DNA from: Chloroflexota bacterium
GTDB taxonomy: Bacteria; Chloroflexota; UBA11872
Length of the DNA stretch: 64,000 nucleotides
Direction of reading: 5' to 3'
Assembly: GCA_034422315.1 (NCBI GenBank)
Contig: DAOUJT010000190.1
Location: 1,518-65,517 of the forward strand
A program made the position numbers and the translations under genes. The notes under the pieces were generated by a model. The model did no database searches and had not been told where the DNA came from. It worked only from the letters and a program-made list of their open reading frames with translations. Below, piece after piece: positions 49,367 to 59,092 of the stretch (its first letter is position 1; every line of letters starts with the position of its first letter).

Positions 49367-50020
49367 GTGCCCAACATACGGTGCCCATCCTGCAGGTCGG
49401 CACGACTGCAAGTCGTCGATACGCGTGAGGCCGCCGACGCCACACGGCGACGCCGCGCCTGTCAGGAGTGCGGCCATCGATTCACGACGTATGAGCGTCG
49501 GGACGCCTACACGTGCCCGCATTGTGGCCGCGACGAGGCGCGCATTGAGTCGTGGGAGGTAACGCCGCAGCGAGCCTTGCGTCGCCACCGTCGCTGCGCC
49601 GAGTGCGGGCGTGGTTACCAGACGCTTGAACGGTTGGCGCGAATGGACATTCGGGTCCTGAAGGCCGACGGGCGGAGCGAACCATTCAATTGGGGCAAGC
49701 TCTACCGTTCGATCATGATTGCCGGAACAAAGCGTCCGATCAGCAGCGACTGGGCGGAAGCGACGGCCATTCGGATCGAGAATGAACTGCTGAGCCACGA
49801 TGCATTTGATGTCGATTCCAAGCGGATTGCCGACATGGTCATGGAACGCCTGGTGACGCTGGATGAAGTGGCCTACGTGAGGTACGCCTCAAGCTACTTT
49901 GGCGAAGGCGGCATTCCGGAGATGCTGGAGACCATCAGCGAATCGCGAGTGCGTCGCGAGCGCACGGAAATCGAGCGCACAACGCTTCCGCTGGTTCCGG
50001 AGGAACCCGAGGATTCGTAG
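49367..50020 (+). CDS. nrdR: transcriptional repressor NrdR with tandemly duplicated zinc ribbon
   Basis: GTG start chosen (VPNIRCPSC...). It has two consecutive CxxC-x22-25-CxxC ribbons followed by an ATP-cone (VLKADGRSEPFNWGKLYRSI). Confidence 0.85.
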   Translation: MPNIRCPSCRSARLQVVDTREAADATRRRRACQECGHRFTTYERRDAYTCPHCGRDEARIESWEVTPQRALRRHRRCAECGRGYQTLERLARMDIRVLKADGRSEPFNWGKLYRSIMIAGTKRPISSDWAEATAIRIENELLSHDAFDVDSKRIADMVMERLVTLDEVAYVRYASSYFGEGGIPEMLETISESRVRRERTEIERTTLPLVPEEPEDS

Positions 50021-50041
50021 CTCGCGGTCTGGCAGTGTCAT

Positions 50042-51283
50042 GTGGCGGCGCGGCGTGGCTCGCGGCCGGTTGCCCCTGGGGGGAACGCGGTGATCACGGC
50101 CCGCACGTTCATCGGATTCGGGCTGGCGTTGGCGCTGCTGGGATTCGTCGTCGGCGTACGGGATGAACTTGGGCCCGGCCTTCGCACGGCGTCGGCGCTG
50201 GCGTCGGTTGTTCCAGGTAACCCTCCAACGCTGCTCCACCTTCGTCCGCCCCCAGACGTGACCACGCTGGCCTATACCACCAGGGAAGGCTACGAGGTGC
50301 TGGCGGATCTCTATGAGCCGCATGATGCAAAAAATGGGCCCGCGATCATGTTGGTAAATGGGGTCGTTCCGGAGGGTCGCACCTACGAGCCGCTGGTTGG
50401 CTTTGCCAACGGGCTGGCGCGCACGGGATTCGCCGTTCTGGTGCCCGATGCGCTGGACTACCAAAACTATCGGGTATTCCCAGAGGACATTGGCGCGCTG
50501 GTCCGTGGGTTCCAGGTCCTTCAGTCGCGCCCGTCGGTTGATCCGAACCGCGTTGGGTTCATCGGCTTCAGCATGGGCGGGTCGCTGGCGATGGTGGCGG
50601 CATCGGATCCGGAGATCGCCGAGCAGGTGGCGCTGGTCGCGACGATTGGGGCGTACCACTCGCTGGACGCCATGCTGCGGGCCGTGACGACGTCAACCGT
50701 GCAAGTCGGCGACGGCCACGAGTCCTACCAGCCCGACAGCTACGTGTGGCTGGTAACGCGCAACACCCTGCTGTCCACGATTCCCGAAGCCAGCGACCAG
50801 GAGGCGCTCTTCCACCTATTCGCACGAGAGACGCCCGACCCGGATCCTGAGGTGCTGCCTAGGTACGACCTGTCCGGACTCGGCGCACCAGCACGAAGCG
50901 TGTACGACCTGTTCGTGAATCGCGATCCCGCGGCCGTGGGCAGGCTTATGGACCGTGTGCGGGGCACCATGCCAGGAACGTTGGAGTCAATTTCGCCCGA
51001 TGCGCACATCCCGCGACTGCGGGCGCCCGTGGCGCTACTGCACGACAGGAGCGACCTGTACGTACCGGTGCAGGAATCGCACGTCATCTTTGACAGGCTG
51101 GGCGGCGAACCGCGGGCCCGGCTGGCCGTATTGGACGTGATTCAGCACGCGCAACTCGCCGAGCTTGACCTCTCGCCCCCGGTGTTGTTGGGGTCGTTCC
51201 TGCCCGGGATGTGGACGCTCTGGCAGTTCACGTACGACGCCCTGGGGCAGTTGTCACCGGGTGTCGACACGCATCAGGCATAG
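50042..51283 (+). CDS. alpha/beta-hydrolase with N-terminal membrane anchor
   Basis: Nucleophile elbow GFSMGGSLA and a hydrophobic N-terminal segment. Confidence 0.7.
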   Translation: MAARRGSRPVAPGGNAVITARTFIGFGLALALLGFVVGVRDELGPGLRTASALASVVPGNPPTLLHLRPPPDVTTLAYTTREGYEVLADLYEPHDAKNGPAIMLVNGVVPEGRTYEPLVGFANGLARTGFAVLVPDALDYQNYRVFPEDIGALVRGFQVLQSRPSVDPNRVGFIGFSMGGSLAMVAASDPEIAEQVALVATIGAYHSLDAMLRAVTTSTVQVGDGHESYQPDSYVWLVTRNTLLSTIPEASDQEALFHLFARETPDPDPEVLPRYDLSGLGAPARSVYDLFVNRDPAAVGRLMDRVRGTMPGTLESISPDAHIPRLRAPVALLHDRSDLYVPVQESHVIFDRLGGEPRARLAVLDVIQHAQLAELDLSPPVLLGSFLPGMWTLWQFTYDALGQLSPGVDTHQA

Positions 51284-52072
51284 GTCCACGACGTCGGCGG
51301 GCGCGTTGAATCGCACCGGGACCCCGGCAGTACCGACACCGGCGGAGACGACGAGGGGGCGTCCCCGCACATACATCAGGCCGCTCGGCCTGGGCGGCCG
51401 GTGCCGCGTGCGCAACGTCAGCGGCCCATACAACGGGAGGGCGATCTGTCCGCCGTGGGTGTGACCGCTGAGGGTGAGATCAACGCGTCGCTCGCCTAAC
51501 TCGAAGGCCGTGTCGGGGTTGTGGGCGGCGAGGATCGTGAAGATCTCGGGGTTCACGGCATCGAAGGCCGCATCGAGATCGCAGAGGCCAACGTGCGTAT
51601 CGCCGGCACCGACCAGTTGCAGCGGAGCGCCATTGACGGTGAGGCGAACGGAGCGGTTAGTCAGGGTCTGGATGCCGTGTGCCGCCAGTCGAGCTTCCAT
51701 GGCGGGGAGCGACCGGGTTTCATGGCGCAGCCAGCTTGGAGCCGGACCTCGTGGCTTGCCCAGGGCATCGTGGTTGCCCCACACGGCGAACGCGCCCAGG
51801 CGTGCCTCAATTCGTGCCAGCCGCTCTCCCACGTCGGCCGTGAAGCGCTCGTCTTCGACTAGGTCGCCCGCCGCAATCAGCAGGTCCGTCGTCGTGCCGG
51901 CGAGACAATCAAGCGCCGTGAGCGAGCGATGCGGATGTCCGCCCACGTGCAGATCGGAGATCAGCAGAATATTGAGCGATTGGACAGCCGCAGGTAGCCG
52001 AGCTGCAGGCAGCGTGTAATGAAAGGTCATTGGACGACCAAGACTCCGAAAGACTTGCCTCAAGAGCTTCAC
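51254..52072 (-). CDS. calcineurin-like metallophosphoesterase
   Basis: Motifs ISDLHVGG, GDLVED, WGNHD and GHTHGGQ. Confidence 0.85.
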   Translation of the reverse strand: MKLLRQVFRSLGRPMTFHYTLPAARLPAAVQSLNILLISDLHVGGHPHRSLTALDCLAGTTTDLLIAAGDLVEDERFTADVGERLARIEARLGAFAVWGNHDALGKPRGPAPSWLRHETRSLPAMEARLAAHGIQTLTNRSVRLTVNGAPLQLVGAGDTHVGLCDLDAAFDAVNPEIFTILAAHNPDTAFELGERRVDLTLSGHTHGGQIALPLYGPLTLRTRHRPPRPSGLMYVRGRPLVVSAGVGTAGVPVRFNAPADVVDLCLMRVDTR

Positions 52073-52200
52073 GCTAGCCGGTAGCCGCCCATGCGATTGC
52101 GTAGCGGGCGGAGCTGCCGCGTGCCCAAACCTGTTGGAACCCAGCCGCGCATTGCGTGTCCGCCGGATTTCCGCCCATCAGCTTGTTCGAGTGACGGCCG

Positions 52201-53160
52201 CTAGACGGCCACGATGTGCTGATGCTCGCCCATGGCGCGAAATTTGGCATAGCGGGCGTTGACGAGGTCGTCGAGGTCCTGGGTGCAGAGTTCCTGGAGC
52301 ATGGGTGCCAACTTGGCGCGGAGATTGGCGGCGGCGGTATCGAAATCGAGGTGGGCGCCGCCGTCGGGTTCGGGCACGACGCGGTCGATCAGGCCGGCTC
52401 GCAGCAAGTCGGGAGCAGTCAAGCCTAAAGCGGCGGCCGCTTCTTCGGCGTGGTCGGAACTGCGCCAGATGATGGCGGCGGCGGCCTCGGGCGAGGCCAC
52501 CGAGTAGATCGCGTGCTCAAGCATGAGCACCCGGTCGCCGACCCCCAACGCCAGGGCGCCGCCGCTACCGCCCTCCCCGATGACGGTGACGATGACCGGC
52601 ACGCGCAGCCGGGCAAGGCGAGCCATGTTCTCGGCGATGGCCCAGGACTGACCGCGCTTCTCATCGTCAAGCGTTGGGCTGGCGCCGGGCGTGTCCAGGA
52701 AGGTCAGAACGGGCCGCCCAAACCGCTCGGCCATATCGAACAGGCGCAGCGCCTTGCGGAAGCCCTCCGGGTGGGCCATGCCAAAGTTGCGTTCGACGTT
52801 ATCTGCCGTACTTCGGCCCTTCTGGTGGCCCACGACGATCACGCTGCGACCTTCGAAGGTTGCGAGACCCGCGACGACCGAGGGGTCGTCGGCGAAGCGG
52901 CGGTCGCCGTGGAGTTCGGTGAAGTCGGAAAAGAGGCGGTCAATGTAGTCCTGGGTGTGCGGACGTTGCGGATGCCTGGCCAACTGAACCCGCTGCCAGG
53001 GCGTGAGGTTGGCAAATATGTCCGCGGTGCGAGCCTCGAGCTCTAGCTGAAGGACTGCTAATTCGCGCGCGACCTGGGAGCTTGGATCCGGTCCGGCGTC
53101 ACGCTCGAGTTCGGCGATGTGCTGGCGGAGTTCGTCGAGGTCTCGCTCGAATTCAAGCAC
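52201..53160 (-). CDS. accA: acetyl-CoA carboxylase carboxyltransferase subunit alpha
   Basis: 319 aa, immediately downstream of accD, with a typical AccA core (GEGGSGGALA). Confidence 0.9.
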   Translation of the reverse strand: MLEFERDLDELRQHIAELERDAGPDPSSQVARELAVLQLELEARTADIFANLTPWQRVQLARHPQRPHTQDYIDRLFSDFTELHGDRRFADDPSVVAGLATFEGRSVIVVGHQKGRSTADNVERNFGMAHPEGFRKALRLFDMAERFGRPVLTFLDTPGASPTLDDEKRGQSWAIAENMARLARLRVPVIVTVIGEGGSGGALALGVGDRVLMLEHAIYSVASPEAAAAIIWRSSDHAEEAAAALGLTAPDLLRAGLIDRVVPEPDGGAHLDFDTAAANLRAKLAPMLQELCTQDLDDLVNARYAKFRAMGEHQHIVAV

Positions 53161-53175
53161 GGGGGCGCTCCGCGC

Positions 53176-54066
53176 TCAGACGCGCGCGGCCTTGGCGGAG
53201 ACCCGCGCCGGGGCGGCCACTTCCGCCGGCGCAAGGTGACCAATCACCCGGCCCAGGGTTTCGCGTAGTTCACGTCGCGGGACGACGAGGTCAAGCATGC
53301 CCTGACGCAGCACCCACTCGGCGGTGTGGTCTTCTACCGGTGCGCGACGGCGCAGCGTGCCCTGGACCACGCGAGACCCGGCGAAACGAATAGTTGCGCC
53401 GGGTTCGCCCACAATGATGTCGGCCACGGCCGCGAAGCTGGCCGTGACGCCGGCCAATGTCGGGTCGGCCATGACACAGATATGCGGCAGCCCGGCTTCG
53501 CCTAGTCGGGCCGCCGCCGCCGTCGTCCGAGCCATCTGCATGAGCGCGAAGAGACCCTCGTCCTGGCGAGCGCCGCCAGACGCGGTGACGGTGATCACCG
53601 GCAGGCGGTGGCGTAGCGCGTGTTCAAAGAGCCGGGTGATCTTCTCGCCCGTGGCGGAGCCCATGCTGCCGGCGATGAAGCCAAACTCCATGACGCCAAG
53701 AGCGATAGGGCGACCATGCATCGGGCCGACGCCGCAGACGATGGCCTCGTTGCGGGAAGTAAGCGCGCGGGCCTTGGCCACGCGGTCGACGTAGGAGCCG
53801 CTGGGCCGACGGAATCCGAGCGGATCGGCTGCGGTGACGTCGGCGTCAATCTCATGAAACCCGCCGGGGTCGTCGAGCAGGAGGGCGATGCGTTCGGCGG
53901 CGTCAAGGCGGTCGTGATAGTTACACGACGGGCACACGCGCAGCGCGGCTTCGAACTCAGGGCGGTAGTGCATGCCGCCGCACTTGCGGCACGTAACCCA
54001 AAGGTCAACCGGGACATCCGGGTAGCTCTGCATACCGCCGCGACGCCTGACGGCCATCCGGCGCAC
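53176..54066 (-). CDS. accD: acetyl-CoA carboxylase carboxyltransferase subunit beta
   Basis: N-terminal zinc ribbon CRKCGG...CPSCNYH followed by the carboxyltransferase domain. The start could be an internal Met. Confidence 0.9.
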   Translation of the reverse strand: MRRMAVRRRGGMQSYPDVPVDLWVTCRKCGGMHYRPEFEAALRVCPSCNYHDRLDAAERIALLLDDPGGFHEIDADVTAADPLGFRRPSGSYVDRVAKARALTSRNEAIVCGVGPMHGRPIALGVMEFGFIAGSMGSATGEKITRLFEHALRHRLPVITVTASGGARQDEGLFALMQMARTTAAAARLGEAGLPHICVMADPTLAGVTASFAAVADIIVGEPGATIRFAGSRVVQGTLRRRAPVEDHTAEWVLRQGMLDLVVPRRELRETLGRVIGHLAPAEVAAPARVSAKAARV

Positions 54067-54139
54067 CCCTTACGCGCTTGGGGAGACTCGGCTCGGGGGG
54101 CGGGCCTCCCAGCCGCGAGACTGCCGGAGTATATCAGCG

Positions 54140-54943
54140 CTACAAGTGTAAATCGGGTGGATTCAGAGGAACGTCCAGGCGTTCCTCGGGGGTGCGCGCA
54201 AGAGCCAAAGCGCCAACCCACACCGCGCCTCGACGCCGCAGCGCACGGGTTGCGGCCTCGATGGTGGCACCGGTTGTCGTGACGTCGTCCACCAGGAGGA
54301 TCCGGGTCCCGGACAGCTTGCGCAGGGCGCGAAACGCGCCGCGGACGTTGTTGAGGCGGCGTGCGCGGGGCAGCGACGTTTGCGGCGGCGTATCTCGCAG
54401 GCGAATGAGCACGTCGCAGTCGAGTGGGCGGTCGAGGTGTCGCGCGACTTCCGCGGCGAGGAGCCGGCCCTGGTTGTAGCCGCGTTGGCGCTCGCGACTG
54501 GAGGCCAGGGGTATGGGGACAACGAGATCGACCTGCAGGTCGGGAGGCAGGGCTGACATGGCGAGGTTGGCCAGGTCGGCGGCCAGGTAGCGCTTGTTGG
54601 CGTACTTGAAGCGGTGGACGGCCTGGAGGATGGGCGGGGTGTAGGCGTAGGGAACGTAGAGGTGGTTGATGCGGCGCTGCTCGAGGCGGCAGCGGGCGCA
54701 TTGGTCGCCGTAGGTGAGGGGGCGCGTGCATTGGCGGCATTGGGGATGGGGGAGGCGTGTGGCGGTGGCGAGGCAGGGCTGGCAGATGGCGGCGCCGGGG
54801 CGGCCGCAGGCGGCGCAGCGCGGCGGGAAGAGGGCGGCGGCGAGGGCTCGAGTGGCGGTGCGGAGGCTGGCGGCGGCTGACTTAGCGGAGCCGCAAAGAC
54901 CTGCCCCGCCCTGGATTCGGTCGGGCGGGGCAAGTTTCGCCAT
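54140..54943 (-). CDS. ComF-family phosphoribosyltransferase-domain protein
   Basis: N-terminal Cys pairs (CAACG..CQPC, CRQC..CARC) and PRTase motif LLVDDVTTTGATI. Confidence 0.75.
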   Translation of the reverse strand: MAKLAPPDRIQGGAGLCGSAKSAAASLRTATRALAAALFPPRCAACGRPGAAICQPCLATATRLPHPQCRQCTRPLTYGDQCARCRLEQRRINHLYVPYAYTPPILQAVHRFKYANKRYLAADLANLAMSALPPDLQVDLVVPIPLASSRERQRGYNQGRLLAAEVARHLDRPLDCDVLIRLRDTPPQTSLPRARRLNNVRGAFRALRKLSGTRILLVDDVTTTGATIEAATRALRRRGAVWVGALALARTPEERLDVPLNPPDLHL

Positions 54944-54961
54944 CAGCCCACGTGCATCGGG

Positions 54962-57469
<2,508 letters not shown>

Positions 57470-57484
57470 GGGCCTAGCGGCTCC

Positions 57485-57715
57485 TTAGAGGCTGATGGGG
57501 ATCTGGTCCACGAGGTCCTGGAGGCCCTCGCCGATGCTGTTGCCGAGGGAGGTGAGTACGACGATCAGGACGATGACGAAGACGGCGGTGACGAGGATGT
57601 AGCTGAGGACGCTGACGCCCGAGCCCTCCGAGAGGTAGCGGCGCCGCGACTGGCGGGGCGGTCCGGCGGGGTTGAGATTGGCCGTCACACCGGCTCCGAG
57701 GCTTGGTGGGTGCAT
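57485..57715 (-). CDS. small membrane protein, Flp/Fap-type pilin-like
   Basis: The 76-aa sequence SEGSGVSVLSYILVTAVFVIVLIVVLTSLGNSI resembles the Flp prepilin G/xxxxEY plus hydrophobic helix layout, with S in place of E. No tad genes are nearby. Confidence 0.4.
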   Translation of the reverse strand: MHPPSLGAGVTANLNPAGPPRQSRRRYLSEGSGVSVLSYILVTAVFVIVLIVVLTSLGNSIGEGLQDLVDQIPISL

Positions 57716-57782
57716 GCCAGTTTAGACCGGCGGGCGGGTTGGTGGCATGCGGGGCGGCGAAATCGGGGGTCTCGCGCGCAAT

Positions 57783-57806
57783 AAGAGTTTTTTCCAAAAA
57801 ACTCTT
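57783..57806. repeat. perfect AT-rich inverted repeat (11-bp arms, 2-nt loop)
   Basis: AAGAGTTTTTT-cc-AAAAAACTCTT, read directly. It lies 68-91 nt upstream of the Flp-like gene. Confidence 0.9.
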
Positions 57807-57829
57807 GAGGCAGTTCGGGGCGCATTTTG

Positions 57830-58370
57830 GCGGGGTGGGGGAGGAAGGGTGGAGGGGCGAGGGAAGAGAAGTGAGGGTGGATAGGCACGGGGACTGGGGA
57901 CGGGGTGCGGATCGGGTGGGCGGTGTCGTGGCAGGACGATGGGGCGAGGCCTGGGCGGCGCGGCGCGCCGGGGGCGGAGATTGGACGGGGCTGGGCGCGG
58001 GCGTCTGGGAGCGGAATGTGACTGGGGGGTGAAGGGGGAACTGTCTCTCGCCAGCCGGCCCCCAGAGGGGGCCGGCTGGCGAGAGACAGTTTGGGCCGGA
58101 TTTTTTGGCGGGTCGGGGAGGAAAGTTGGGGTTGTGAGGGGGGTGGGCGGAAGGGGAGAGGGCAGCGGAGTGAGTGGTGGGAAGGGGAGAGGGCAGAGAA
58201 GTGAGGAGTGAGAGCGGAAAGGGAAGGGAACGGGGGCGGAAGGGTAGAGGGGAGAGGGAAGAGGAGTGAGAGAAGAGGGGAGCGAGGAAGGGACGGAAGA
58301 GCAGGAAGCGGAGAGCTGGGAGGATCGGGGCGAGTGGGGTGGCGGGCATTTGGAACAGGGGTTGCAGGGC
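57830..58370. repeat. purine-rich (G/A on + strand) tract with dispersed imperfect copies of a ~26-33-nt motif
   Basis: Copies of GGAAGGGGAGAGGGCAG(C/A)G(G/A)AGTGAG are at 58149-58174 and 58180-58205 (2 mismatches). Looser copies are at ~57851-57875, 58238-58270 and 58679-58711. There are many G3-G6 runs. Confidence 0.85.
58039..58091. repeat. perfect 25-bp-stem palindrome with 3-nt loop
   Basis: AACTGTCTCTCGCCAGCCGGCCCCC-aga-GGGGGCCGGCTGGCGAGAGACAGTT. I checked arm against arm. A T6 run lies at 58101-58106. Confidence 0.95.
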
Positions 58371-58490
58371 TTACTCGGATAGTGTACAGTATGTGAGGGT
58401 AAGTGGCAAGTGGGTGGTGGGGAGCGGCTTGTGATGAGGGCGGGTGTAGGGCTGCCGGGGTCGGCGGGTGGACCGGCGCCGGTGATAGGG

Positions 58491-58571
58491 GATGCCGTCA
58501 GTGATGGCAATGCAATCAACGCTGGCATCGCAGGCGTTGCTGGCAGTGCAGGCAACGCTGGCGGGGATGGC
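58491..58571. repeat. 9-nt periodic tract (about 9 units, most ending in GGC)
   Basis: Units are gatgccgtc/agtgatggc/aatgcaatc/aacgctggc/atcgcaggc/gttgctggc/agtgcaggc/aacgctggc/ggggatggc. The tract contains nested inverted repeats CAACGC...GCGTTG and GCGTTGC...GCAACGC. Confidence 0.8.
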
Positions 58572-58599
58572 GAGCCCAAGACGCTTGGATGCTGATGGC

Positions 58600-59030
58600 C
58601 GGGTGGTTCCCTTCGACAGGCTCAGGGCAGGCTCTACGGGCCGCCGACGGACTCCGGGTCGGCTCACCACGAACGGGGGGAAGGGGAGAGGGAAGAGGGC
58701 AGAGGAGTGAGAGGGAAAGAACAAGGGGTTGGTTGCTGTAGCCGGGGGTGTGGTTCGACACGGTCCGGTGGGTACACCCGCCCGGCTCACCACGAACGGG
58801 GTGGGGCCGATGAGTGGCTCGGGGGTGGTTGCCCGGAAGAGGCCGGTTGGAAACCGGCCCCTACGTCCGGAAGGGATGCGGACGGCAGGGGACTCGGGGC
58901 GCTGAGGGCTGGGGGCGCGGGCAGAATGTGGGCGTTGTCGGGAGCCGCCGCTGTGAGGGGATCTTTGCATAACCCAAGGTTGGTTGCCCGGAAGACCCTC
59001 ACCCCAACCCTCTCCCAGAGGGCGAGGGAG
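58600..59030. repeat. cluster of REP-like short repeats and hairpins
   Basis: A 19-nt direct repeat CGGCTCACCACGAACGGGG is at 58660-58678 and 58783-58801. A 15-nt repeat TGGTTGCCCGGAAGA is at 58826-58840 and 58981-58995. Hairpins are GGCCGGTT-gga-AACCGGCC (58841-58859) and CCCTCTCCC-aga-GGGCGAGGG (59008-59028). Confidence 0.8.
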
Positions 59031-59092
59031 CAAGAGCGGCCGCGGTTCGGAGAACGAGGGGCGTTTGCAAGGGTTCGGTGTGAGGGGTTGTC

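Noticed and set aside
49171-49443. N-terminal 91 residues of the 231-aa track ORF containing the VOC domain
   Set aside because: The extension runs into the AT-rich nrdR leader and has no similarity to VOC proteins. A GTG with a good RBS at 49170 gives a normal-length VOC protein.
53595-54933. Long alternative-frame minus-strand ORFs (381 and 256 aa) across accD and the ComF-like gene
   Set aside because: Pro/Ala/Arg-rich translations in frames overlapping genes with clear motifs. These are artefacts of high GC.
57474-58579. Two overlapping Pro/Ser/Leu-rich minus-strand ORFs (291 and 285 aa) in the purine-rich tract
   Set aside because: They are open only because the complementary strand is nearly pure G/A, so few stop codons are possible. 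They are low complexity, lack a plausible RBS or start context, and two frames are open simultaneously.
57830-58720. Possible CRISPR array suggested by recurring ~26-nt motif
   Set aside because: The copies are imperfect and irregularly spaced (31 nt, ~60 nt, ~440 nt). There are no unique spacers of constant length and no cas genes in the window.
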